64,000 nt of DNA from Phaeosaccion multiseriatum (Eukaryota; Protista; Ochrophyta, other classes), in assembly GCA_965112735.1 (NCBI GenBank), contig OZ218954.1, positions 558,001 to 622,000 of the forward strand, in the 5' to 3' direction. The notes under the pieces are model-generated. The model was not told the origin of the DNA. It saw only the letters and a program-made list of their open reading frames with translations, and did no database searches. The translations under genes were made by a program, and so were the position numbers. Positions 1 to 12,015 of the stretch are shown one piece after another. Position 1 is the stretch's first letter; every line of letters begins with the position of its first letter.

Positions 1-45
1 GGTGATGCAGCAAAGAGTCAAATTGTCCGCTTAAGTCACTCACAG

Positions 46-316
46 ATGTCTTGCAATCCCTCCCATCTCCGTCGATCGGATCACCAACATGAACACCATC
101 AGGTATGGTGAGGGGTCGCGTGAGCTTCTGCCCCGCCTGGAAAACCTGGGTATGGCCTGTTTTGAGGCGAATCGGGGCGGGAAGGCCATAGAGTGGTTTC
201 GGAGGGCCCAGAAACTGCTCCAGGACAACGGAGACGACAGTTTTAGCGACGATATGCGGCTCCTGGACAACAACATCGCCACTGCCACCTGTGTGCAGGG
301 CCCAGGAGTGTTCTGA
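46..316 (+). CDS. Last exon of an upstream gene, TPR-like helical repeat
   Basis: Acceptor CACAG ends at 45; open frame to TGA 316 with non-repetitive ...LENLGMACFEANRGGKAIEWFRRAQKLLQ..., matching the TPR pattern (LG..Y/F....A..YF.RA). Upstream exons are outside the window. Confidence 0.5.
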
Positions 317-1322
317 CTGAGTACTGTCTGTGAGGAGCTCTCTTTTTCTCTCCCTCTCTCTCTCTCTATTCGGTGCCGTTCTGTCGGCCTCGTCTTGACA
401 TGTTGGTGGTCCGGCTCACAGCAAGCCCACAACAAAGGTTGTGAGGTGTACTTGGTTAGTCTGAGGGATGAAGAAGAATAGACGAGTTGGCTGAAGGTTT
501 TCATTGGCTTAGGAAGAGCTGAAGGCTTTCATTGGCTTAGGAAGGGCGGGGAAGGATGAGGCGTGCTCAGCCCGTCCTGCTTGCTTCAATCGCAGGGAGC
601 GAGGATGACGTGTTGGTGATCCACCCCTACCGCACTGAGGGTGTCGCGAGGCCTTCAATTCTCCCGTTTATTAGTATTAAGTAAGATCTTAAACCTGGAT
701 TGAAGTCGAAGTTTCTGTGTGGATAGGAGCAATCATCATCATCATCATCATCATCATGGTGCAGGGGAAGGGGAACATCAGCCCAAGGGGGCTGGCGGTT
801 CGGCAGCAGCTGTGCATCGGCAGGCTGCGTAGCGCATGCTAGAGAGAGTACGACAAGCCCATGAGTAAAGACATAGCCTACGGCACAGCAGATATTCTTC
901 CACTCACTCACTCACTCCCTCACTCACTCACTCACTCACTCACTCACTCACTCACTCACTCACTCACTCACTCGCTCACTCACTCACTCACTCACTCACC
1001 CCCTCACTCATCCACTCACTCACTTACCCACTCCCTCCCTCCCTCCTTCCCTCCCTCCCTCCCTCCCTCCCTCCCTCCCTCCCTCCCTCCCTCCCTCACT
1101 CCCTCCCTCCCTCCCTCCCTCCCTCCCTCCCTCCCTCCCTCCCTCCCTCCCTCCCTCCCTCCCTCCCTCCCTCCCTCCCTCCCTCCCTCCCTCCCTCCCT
1201 CACTCTCTCACTCACTTCCTCCCTCCCTCCCTCCCTCCCTCCCTCCCTCCCTCACTCACTCACTCACTCACTCACTCATTCACTCTGGACTAGCCGCCCG
1301 TCTACGTAAAACAAGTGATGGA

Positions 1323-1437
1323 CCCTTTGCCACTAAGGGGATGAACCCTGACTTTGCTATTAAGGAGATGAACACTTGGCCATTAAGGGGATTAACCTGC
1401 CTTTGCCATTAAGGGGATGAACCCTGCCTTTGCCACT
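1323..1437. repeat. ~26-bp minisatellite (CTTTGCCAYTAAGGGGATGAACCCTG), ~4-5 degenerate copies
   Basis: Tandem copies visible directly in sequence. Confidence 0.8.
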
Positions 1438-1636
1438 ATTATACGGGGAGCTCTCTATCAAGGCCAAGGACGAGCAGACGAGCAGACAGACAGTCGCAGC
1501 GGGTTTAGTTTAGCTCAGACAGTCGCGGGTTTAGCTCAGACGAGCAGACAGACAGTCGCGGGTTTAGTTTAGTTTAGCTCAGCAGCGAGGGCCGCCGCCC
1601 TTGCAAGCTCAGAGCCTCCCTCCCTCCGCCTCCAAG

Positions 1637-1873
1637 CCTCGAGGGAGTGGCTACTGATACAGCAGTTGGTGATTCAGCCTCGAGGCCGCTTTACCATGGC
1701 TGCCACAAGCATCTTCGCCGAAGTGTCAGCGACTCGTCGAGGCTGAATCACCAACTGCTGTATCAGTGTCAACTTCCTCGAGCAAAAGGGGCCGAAACCA
1801 GTCCCCCCCAGCGTCAAGCGTCCGCCTCGAGGGAGTTGAGACTGATACAGCAGTTGGTGATTCAGCCTCGACG
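1637..1873. repeat. Three ~48-bp units in alternating orientation (+,-,+), bounded by CTCGA words and containing ACTGATACAGCAGTTGGTGATTCAG
   Basis: Copies at 1637-1685, 1735-1782 (reverse) and 1825-1873; copies 2 and 3 are reverse complements with about 2 mismatches. Confidence 0.9.
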
Positions 1874-2358
1874 GGCTGCAAAGTCCCTCTCTACTCGTCT
1901 TCCTCACCGCTCTGCTACTCACGAGCACGTTACTAATGGCGGGGGCGGGGGGGGGGGGTTGTATCCGTCGAAACCGTCACGAGCAAGCAAGCGTAAGCAA
2001 CACGAAGTAAGACTCTCTGTGTGTTGTTCTTCTCATTAGTGTTTTATGATTGTTGTATCGTATCTTGTCTTATCCCTTCGCCTTCGCCACAGGCACCACC
2101 TTGGGCAACTCTTTGTTCTCTTACCCTACTTCATGTCTCACCTCTGGACACGTGTCTTGCCGTGCTGTCTTGATGGATGGCTCCAATCCTCTCCATCCCT
2201 CTCCATCCTCAGCCCTCAGCCCTCAGCCCCTCCTTCCTTCCTTCCTTCCTTCCTTCCTTCCTTCCTTCCTTCCTTCCTTCCTTCCTTCCGCCCTGCCTAC
2301 CCTCCCCCATCCGCAGCTGTCTGCCTGTGCCTCCTGTGGATGGCAGTGGATGTGGCAT

Positions 2359-5300
2359 TTAGTGATGATCGAGACTGCCTATGGCAGTGGATGGCATATA
2401 GTGATCGAGATAACTCTTGCCGTGATACGTCACCGGCTCCCCGAGCTTGGCCTGAGCGGCTCTGCAGGTTTCCGTGGTGACGTGTGTGGACAGCACCACG
2501 AGCCGCCTCAACCACTCCCTCACCACACGTGATTCGTGCTTGGCAGGGTGCTCCTCCTCCCCCTCCTGAGGGAAGGCAGTGGATGGATGGAGGAAGGAAG
2601 GATGGTGGTGGATGGAGGAAGGAAGGAAGGCAGTGGATGGATGAAGGAAGAAAAAAAGGGTGGCAGTGGATGCGTAAGTGGGTGATGGGTGGGAGGGAAA
2701 ACGTGGCGGGTGGAAGGGGTGGGGGAGGGATGGCAGTGGATGTGTGGGCTAGAGGCAGAAGAGCAGACAGAGCAGAATGGAGGACAACCCGAGAGAATAC
2801 TCTGCACCTCCTCCTGACAAGGAGGTACGTGCGTGTGTGTATGTGTACTGTGTGTGTGCGTGTGCGTGTGTGCGTGTGCGTGTGCGTGTGCGTGTGTGCG
2901 CGTGCATGTGTGTGTGTGTGTGAGAAAAAGTATGGGTTTCTGCTGTGCCTCGAGGAAGTCTCCTCCCCACCCCCCTGGAGGTCTCCTTCCCACCCCCCTG
3001 GAGGCCTCTTACCCCCCTGGAGGCCTCTTACCTCGTCGCGTCTAATTGGGGTACGGCGCCCAATCTCCTCGAAGTCAATCTAGTAAGTCAGTGAGAGAGA
3101 GAGAGAGAGCAATGACATGAAGACAGTGAGTGTAGACAGACAAATGTAAGACCGATCAGCCAGATAGAGAAGCGGGAGGGAGGAAGGGCGAGAAGGAGAG
3201 GGAGAGGGAGAGGGAGAGAGGGACAGGGAGAGGGAGAGGGAGAGGGAGAGGGAGAGGGAGAGGGAGAGGGAGAGGGAGAGGGAGAGGGAGATGGAGAGGG
3301 AGAGGGACAGGGAGAGGGAGAGAGAGACGGAGAGGGAGAGGGAGAAGGAGAGGGAGAGAGAGGGAGAGAGAGGGAGAGGGAGAGGGAGAGGGTGAGGGAG
3401 AGGAAGAGGAAGAGGGAGAGGGAGAGGGAGAGGGAGAGGGAGAGGGAGAGGGAGAGGGAGAGGGAAAGGGAGAGGGAGAGGGAGAGGGAGAGGGAGAGGG
3501 AGAGGGAGAGGGAGAGGGAGAGGGAGAGAGAGAGGGAGAGAGGAGAGAGGAGGGAGGAGGGAGGAGGGAGGAGGGAGGAGGGAGGAGGGAGGAGGGAGGA
3601 GGGAGGAGGGAAAGAACGTAGAAGGGAGGGGAAGCCCAAAGGCAACACCCCCCCCCCCACCCCTATCCTCACACTCCTTCCGTGACTTACCCAACAGCCC
3701 AATTCTTCCATGGCCGCTTGCTCCTCCTCCGTCGCCGCAATGTCTGCTCTACTCAGTAGCTCTCCTCCTCCCTCCTCTCCCTCTCCATCCCCCCCATCCA
3801 CTGCCATCGACCTCTTGCGGAGACCTAACAGCTTCTCTCGGAGAGAAACCGCGTCCGCCGCTCGCCCATATGCCTCCACCGCCGCGGGTAGGTCCTGACA
3901 CCTTTTCTTGCCCGATCCCGCCCCTGCCCCTCCACTGTCATCCCCCCCTCCACTGCCATCCCCCACATTGCAATACGCCGAAAGCAGTGCGAGTCTCTCT
4001 CTCGTGGGTACACACAGTCTCTCCCACGCCCCCTCCAACCTCGCCTGGTGCTCTGCCACACCTCCTCCTCCTCCTCCTCCTCCTCCTCCTCCTCCTCCTC
4101 CTCCTCCTCCATGCGTGCCCATATGTATGTTTGGCTGACCATATGCCTGCGGCTGCTGCCCTGGGGTGCCACTACGCCCTACACCCCCGGATGCCACCCC
4201 GGGGGCTCCATGGGTCAGGTTCTCTCTTTCTTTTCGTCCTCCTCCTCCTCCTCCTCCCATGCCTTGCCGCTTTCGCTCCTCATTCCTGTAGGGCACAGAG
4301 AGAGAGACAGAGAGAGGGAGGGAGAGAGGGGAAAGAGAGAGGGAGAGAGAGAGAGAGAGAGAGAGAAGACAGGGAGAGCGACCGCATATACATAAACATG
4401 TGTGTGTGCTTGCGAGAAGCAATTACAGAGGGGGAAAAAATGTTCCGTGCGCGTGCACCCACCCATTCACCTCCACCACCGTACAACCAACGTGCATACC
4501 TCAGAGCCTCTACCCCTCTGTCAAAGTCCCTCTCGTTGGCCTGCTTGGGCCCCAAAATGCCCCCCCCATTCACAGCAAAGACGTTCCGACTCCTCCTCCG
4601 CTCCTGAGGGGTCGACCCGAGGATGTTGGCGCCTGTAAGTCAATGAACGAGGAAGGGTAAGTCAATGAGGCCCATCAGTTAGACACCCATCGAGGACGAG
4701 ACAGACATATACATATATACATATGTTATGTATGTATATATATAACATATATGAATTACTTCGAAGTATATACATTATTTATGTATAGGCAAGCCCAATT
4801 GTCAGAGCACGGAAGACCTTCCCCAGGCTATCAACAGGTTGATGACTACCATGAAGCGGGTCACACTTGGCAAAGAGCACCACACGATCACCAACTTACC
4901 TAGACTGCTCCTCTTTCGCCTATAAAGTTCGCTGTTGACGGAGCGGTTCAGAGATACCAAGACTGGAGGGCGAAGGGGACGGAGGGGAGGTAAGGGGAAG
5001 GGGAGGAGGAGGAGGAGGAGGAGGAGGAGGAGGAGGAGAAGGAGGAGGAGGAGGAGGAGGGAGAGGAGGAGGAGGAGGAGGAGGAGGAGGAGGAGGAGGA
5101 GGAGGAGGAGGAGGAGGAGGAGGAGGAGGAGGAGGAGGAGGAGGAGGAGGAGGAGGAGGAGGAGGAGGAGGAGGAGGAGGAGGAGGAGGAGGAGGAGGAG
5201 GAGGAGGAGGAGGAGGAGGAGGAGGAGGAGGAGGAGGAGGAGGAGGAGGAGGAGGAGGAGGAGGAGGAGGAGGAGGAGGAGGAGGAGGAGGAGGAGGAGG

Positions 5301-7299
5301 AGGAGGAGGAGGAGGAGGAGGAGGAGGAGGAGGAGGAGGAGGAGGAGGAGGAGGAGGAGGAGGAGGAGGAGGAGGAGGAGGAGGAGGAGGAGCAGGAGGA
5401 GGAGCAGGAGGAGGAGGAGGATGACCACCGTTCCACTGCCATCCCCGACACTCACCGTTTTTGCTAACCGTCCTCCGCCGTTGGTTTCGAATGTTTCCCT
5501 CACCGCCTCCGCCCTGCAGCCGTTGGTGATACGCAGAGGGAAAAAGTTGGGATGTAAGACGTACCGTCTAAAAAACATTGTTGGGTTCGATCACTCCCTC
5601 ACTCACTCACTTACTCACTCACTCAATCACTCACTCACTCACTCACTTACTCACTCCCTCACTCACTCACTCACTCACTCCCTCACTCACTCACTTACTC
5701 ACTCACTTACTCACTCACTCACTCACTCACTTACTCACTCACTCACTCACTCACTCTCTCACTCACTCACTTACTCACTCACACACTCACTCACTCACTC
5801 ACTCACTCACACACTCACACACTCACTCACACACTCATTCACTCATAACTGACTGACTGACTCACTGACTCACTCACTCACTTACTTACTTACTCGCTCA
5901 CTCACTGACTCACTGACTCACTCAACTCACTCACTCACTCACCCACTCACTCACTCAATCACTCACTCACTCACTCACACACTCACTCACTCACTCACTT
6001 ACTCAATCAATCAATCAATCAATCACCCACTCACTGCCATCCAATGGCTCTCAATAGCCACCCACTCACCTCAAGCGAGCCGCTTCCGTCCGCTGCCATC
6101 CCCGTCACACTCCCTCCGTCGTCGTCATCATCATCATCATCATCATCGTCGTCCTCTGCAGCCATTTGTGACTCCACCTGTGTCGGGTTAAGTTTGAGTT
6201 TCAGCTCATGATCAATTTCAGCCCTCACTCACTCAGTAAGTTCGTCCGTCCGTCCCTCCCTCCCACCCACCCACCCACCCGCCCACCCGCCCTGTGAATC
6301 ACCAACACACCCACCTGCTGATGAAGCCTACAGCTCCTTTGATAATGTGCAAAGGCCGAGTCCTCCTCCGCAAGGACATCATTCATTAGCTTCAGCCCCC
6401 CCCCGGACCCTGGCCCTCCCTCCCCGCCTCCCTCCCCCCCTGGGCCGCCACCACCACCTCCACCATTGCCACCACCGTCTGCTCCTCCTCCTCCTCCTCC
6501 TCCTCCTCCTCCTCCTCCTCCCTTGGTGTATTCAAGCACCGACAAAGGGAGGAGTGGCGTACCAAGGGCTTTACTCTCCTGTTGGAAGGCACTGTACGGC
6601 ATCAAGAAACCAATCTTGTCAAAGCCCGGCCCCGCAGCATTGACCGTCTCCTCCCCTGCTTGGTTCGCCCCCCGCGCCCTCCTCTCATTCGCCTCGTCAA
6701 GGTGCACAAGTCTGGCCTCCTTCCTTTGCCTCTCTCGTGCCTTCCTCCGCCGCTTTAGCACCACCTCCTTCGCCCCCCCGCCCCCTGCTCCTCCTCCTCC
6801 ACTCCCCCCAAATGGCGACACCCTCCCCCTCCCCCCCCCAATGGCGGCCACTGCCGCGATCCTCGCCCTCCCGGCTTGGAGACCTCTAGATACGCTCGAC
6901 CCGGTACTGCTACCTCCTCCTCCTCCTCCTCCTCCTCCTCCCCCTCTTGAGGCAGACCCCACAGAGTCATCATTCGACCCCACCGAACATCCCGAGCTTG
7001 CTCCTGATGCCGCCACGGACACCACACTGGCACTGCTGCTGAGCCCGCCCCGGGCGCCCCCCCCTGCTCCCCCCCGGGAAGCAAGAGGCCCACCTCCCGG
7101 GGCAACAAGCGGCCCCCCTGGACCCCCGCCCCCCGGGGAATGAAGACTCCGGTTGCGCTTCAACTGCATCTTGAGCTCGCGTTCAATTGCCGCAGGGGTG
7201 CCGCCACTTGCACCTGCCCCCCCTCCACTGCCATCCACCAACCCCCCGGGGGTGGGAGATCCACCGAAGGTGCTGTTGCTTTGAGTGATCAAGCCCCCG

Positions 7300-7331
<32 letters not shown>

Positions 7332-7728
7332 GGTGCTGGTGTTGTTATTCCCCGCGTCGCCAGCTGTCGGGCATGTTGAGGCCCTGCGCTGCTGCTTTGA
7401 TCCCTGTTCGGTGGGGGAAGCCACACCCCCCTCCCCTCCTCCTCCTCCTCCTCCTCCTCCTCCTCCTTCTCCCCCTCCTTCGCCTACTTCTCCCCCCCCT
7501 TCTCCTTCTGCTCCTCCTCCTCCCTCTCCCCCTTCGCCAGCTGTGGCTGTCTCCTTGGTCGTGTCAGCCAACCCCCCCACACTCTCCCCTCCTCCTCCTC
7601 CTCCTCCTCTCCCTGCGGATGTCAACGGGGGTGGGGGGCAGGCACGATGAGCAGTATGCAGTTTGAGCTTCGTTTTTTTCTGGCGTGAGGCCTGGGCTCA
7701 CCAGGCCTCAGAAAGAAAGGGGGTATAC

Positions 7729-7767
<39 letters not shown>

Positions 7768-8358
7768 TAAATTATATATTCTGTCAGTTTGGGTGTACTG
7801 AGGTCGATTTTGTGGATGCACATGTGGATATACAGAGATGATGGCCTTCCTTGCATCAGTCACTAACCGGTTGGTGCTTCGTTGTGAGCACTCTGCTGTG
7901 CGGCCTTGTGGAAAAGCTGAGGGAAGATGGCAGTGGATGGAGGGGCGAGGGGAGGGGGGAGGGGCAAGCTTTACCCGAAGCTTGATACCGTATGTTACAA
8001 ATGACATATGCCCTACGCTATACCCCAAGGGCCTACTTTCTCTCCATTCACCCATTCAGCCCCACTGCAAGCAACAAGCTGTCTTATTCCTCATTCAACC
8101 CTGATCTCTACCCTCGGCTCTACCTTAGGCCATACCCTACGCTTTGCCTTAGGCTTTACCCTATGCTTTACCCTATGCTTTCCCTTCTACGCTCTACCCT
8201 AAAGCTTTTCATACATACCCCATACCCACCACCCACCTGTGCCAAAAGCTTATCCTCGATGTGACCCAGGTCGATTTTTTTCATGATCTCCGCCATGAAA
8301 AGAGTGTGTACACGCTGGGCGTTGGCATCCGGGGCAAACACACCCGCCCTGTTGATAG

Positions 8359-8412
<54 letters not shown>

Positions 8413-11071
8413 AGGGGGGGAGGGAGGGAGGGAGGGAGGGAGGGAGGGAGGGAGGGAGGGAGGGAGGGAGGGAGGGAGGGAGGGAGGGAGGGAGGGAGGG
8501 AGGGAGGGAGGGAGGGAGGGAGGGAGGTAGGGAGGGAGGGAGGGAGGGAGGGAGGGAGGGAGGGAGGGAGGGAGGGAGGGAGGGAGGGAGGGAGGGAGGG
8601 AGGGAGGGAGGGAGGGAGAGAGGGAGGGAGGGAGGGAGCGAGGGAGGGAGGGGTAAATCAATGCAAGGGGGGCATATACGTGGATCTGCTGGTGGTGATG
8701 AGTGGCATCACTTGTCCAGCCACGCCTTACACTCACTGTCCTGACACCCACACACCCATTCACTGTCCTGACACCCACCCACCCTCTGTCCTGACACCCA
8801 CACACCCATTCACTGTCCTGACACTTACTTGTCAAGTCGAGCCTGCATGGCCACGTACTTGAGGCGTACAGCCCGCCCTATCTCCCTCGCCTCCGCAAGC
8901 ACCCTGGGTGTCAGGACAGAGGGTGGGTGTCAGGACAGAGGGTGGGTGGGTGTCAGGACAGAGGATGGGTGGGTGGGTGTCAGGACTGAGGGTGGATGGG
9001 TGTCAGGACAGAGGGTGGGTGGGTGTCAGGATAGCGGGTAGGTGGGTGTCAGGACAGAGGGTGGGTGGGTGTCAGGACAGTGGGTAGGTGGGTGTCAGGA
9101 CAGAGGGTGGGTGGGGGTCAGGACAGTGAGGGGGTAGGCGTCAGGACGGAAAGTGAATGAATGAGTGAAACCACTGCAGCTGCAAAGGCATTGATACCCT
9201 GGTCAGCCTGAAGGCATACGGGGTTTGAGTTTCAGTTACCTTCAGTTTGAGTTTAGGCTCAGTTCAATTGCCAAATAAGAGCTCAGCGACGAGAGGACCT
9301 CAATCAAGCCCCCTCTGTCTTCTTTTTACACTATGAGAACTGAGCTACTAAGGGCACCCTCTTCTTACTATAAGAACTCATCTACTAAGCCGTAACGTGG
9401 CTTCCTTCCTGGTTCTCCTCACCTGCCATCCAGCTCCTTCTTCTTCTCCTCACCCATACGCCTCTGCATGTCCGCCAATTCAGGACGGAGCACTCGGCGA
9501 CGGAGAATCGCCTGGGCCCGGGCTGTTTAGAAGATGGCGGTGGATGGAGAATGGTAGGATGAGAAGGGATGGATGGATTGATTGATGGACAGGAGATGGG
9601 AGCAGATGGTACATACGTAGTAGTACATAACTTCCCTGTTATATAGATGTATACATAATATATATACAGCTCCACCCTCTCTGTCTATACATATCTCTTT
9701 TTCTCTCTCTCTCTCCTTACGCCTCCCTCCTCTCCCTCCCCCTCCCTCTCCTTACACCTCCCACCGTATCACCAACCCACTCACCTGCATCACTCTGTGC
9801 ATGCTCCATGACCACCGCCACCGCCTCCCCAACACGGTCCATCAGGGCCATGTCATCGGCCTGGAAGGGGGGGTAGATGGCAGTGGATGGAGGGGGCATA
9901 GATGGCAGTGGATGGAGGGGGGATAGATGGCAGTGGAGCGTGGAAGGGAGGGAGGGAGGGAGGGGAAGGAGGGGAGGGAGGGAGGGAGGGAGGGACGGAA
10001 TGAGTCAGTGAGTGAGTGAGTGAATGAGCGGAGGGGGGCTTTATGAGTGAGTGGCAGAGGATGGCAGTGGATGGAGGCTTAATGATTGAGTTGTGTGCAG
10101 TCAGTGATAGTGACACGCACACAGTCAGCTGACAGCTCGAACCCACCCACCCACCCACCCACAGAGGATTATACATTGATTCTGAGACTCATTGGCCAGC
10201 ATTCAATTAGGGTATTTAATGTGTGGAGAAGCTGAAACTGCAACTCACCTTTGTATGCATTAGCATGAGATTGCGGCCCACGTTCTTTAGGCGTCCAATG
10301 CTTTGGTTGCTGTGGGCAGTGGATGGCAGTTGATGGCAGTTGATGGCAGTGGACGGCAATTGATGGCGCAATGAATGGCGCAGTGGTTGTCAGCGAGTGG
10401 CAGAGGATGGCAGTGGATGTTAGGGTATGGGTGTGTATGTGTGTGTTGGGTGCGTGAAAGAAGGACATACTGATTTCTCTCTGTCATTCTCTCTCTCTGT
10501 CTCCATCGACTGCCATTCCTTGCCTGGTTGGTGGCCGACCCAGCTCAGTGCGAGCGAGTGTGACATCGACCGGGGCGTAAATCGCCCTCGTGCTCTTCTC
10601 CAACAGACAGGTGGGGTGAATGTTGCTCTGCCGCACCTCCTCCAGCATTATGTGGTGCGCAGCTCTTGGGAGGGCATACGGGAAGTCGAAGGACGGAAAG
10701 GACGGACGGAAGGAGAGAGAGGGGAGGGGAGAGGAGGGGAGGGCAGGGGAAGGCGAGCATCCGGTGCGCGGGTTAGGGTGAGGGTCCGTGGTGAGAGCAG
10801 GGGCAAGGTGGCAAGAAGTTTTGAAGGGGGAGAGGGCCGGAGAAAGGGAGTGAAGGGAGGTCGAGGCTCGGTTGGGAAGCTTTGACGGCAGCGGCACCTC
10901 CCTTCCTTTTTTTTTTCTTCCTATTCTTACTTACCTTGAGATTATCGGGCGGCGCCAGGCATGGGGTTTCTCCATGGGAGGAGAGAGCAGAAGGGCGGCA
11001 GCGGCGGCTGCAGGGGACAGAGAGGAGGAGGCGGCGGTCGAGTCCGCGCCTGCTGCACCATCCCGAGCCAT
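2359..11071 (-). CDS. CCDC87-like coiled-coil protein (16 exons)
   Basis: In-frame exons: 11071-10935, 10664-10524, 10309-10249, 9860-9785, 9522-9423, 8903-8829, 8348-8237, 7916-7868, 7612-6315, 6177-6070, 5513-5456, 4962-4900, 4632-4500, 4285-3691, 3079-3032, 2565-2359. C-terminal QARLEGAWERLCVPTRERLALLSAY...AYGRAADAVSLREKLL...LGEPVTYHGKSYLDHYM resembles the CCDC87 C-terminal region (recalled similarity, not searched). Confidence 0.7.
5002..5420. repeat. Near-perfect (GGA)n microsatellite, ~420 bp, intronic
   Basis: Direct observation; reads (CCT)n on the sense strand ahead of the acceptor at 4963. Confidence 0.95.
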
Positions 11072-11966
11072 GTTGGTGGATCAGTTGGTGAGTTATCAAA
11101 GAGGAGGGAGACGACCACGTGGGTTCCAATTTGGCTTTCGCGAAAGAGAGGGAGCTTGCTGCGGTTGTTTTCGCGATGTAAGCACGCCCTGCAGCAGCAT
11201 CAGTGGCAGCAGCAGCAGCAGGAGTACAAAGCAGCAGCGATTTGCCACAAAAAGTCAACAAAAAGGCATTCTGCCGTTTCGTTTCTGTGAACCTCTCCGC
11301 GTTGGTTCTTCGCCCTGGTGGGAGGAGGGAGATCATATCAAAGGGAAACAGAGGAGGGGATAAGAGGGGGGCTGAGTTGGAGGGGGGCACACTAGAAAAG
11401 AGCCAGGAAAGTGTACGCGGACAAAAGGTGGAGGCAACCAAGCCGATCATCACATTGCAACGTTCGTTCGCTGCCTGGAGGACGACAAATAACAAGGGGA
11501 GGAAAGAAAGGCAGGGGGCCACTGCAGCAGCTGTTCAGCCCTGGTGGGCTCTACAGACGGGGGAAAGCGAGGCTGGGGTGCGTTGCGCTTCCGCGTGGAC
11601 ATTTGCATGCGGCTTATGCCGCCCTCCTTTGTTGCCCCCACGACGTCTTTGTAAGGCCGTTGCCTCCGTGTTTTCACAAAGGGCTCTGTGCTGTGCTGCG
11701 CTGTGCTGTCGCAGTGTATTGACGTGGGCGGAAACAGAAGGAGAGACGATGGGAATGTAATAATAATTGCCTTGCCTTGGCCTTCTTCCTTGGCGTAAGG
11801 TGGGGTCGCGAGGAGGAGGTTGGGGGGAGGGGCGACAGATAGATAGATAGATAAGACGCGGGAAACACTTGGTAACGCTTACGATTACAGCACGTCAAGG
11901 GGACTCGATGCACCCGCACACAACACACGTTGACCCTTCGCTTCCTCGGCCTATTGAGTGAGAACT

Positions 11967-12014
<48 letters not shown>

Positions 12015-12015
12015 C

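Noticed and set aside
1500-1582. Telomere (GGGTTTAG fragments)
   Set aside because: Not a tandem TTAGGG or TTTAGGG array, and genes lie on both sides.
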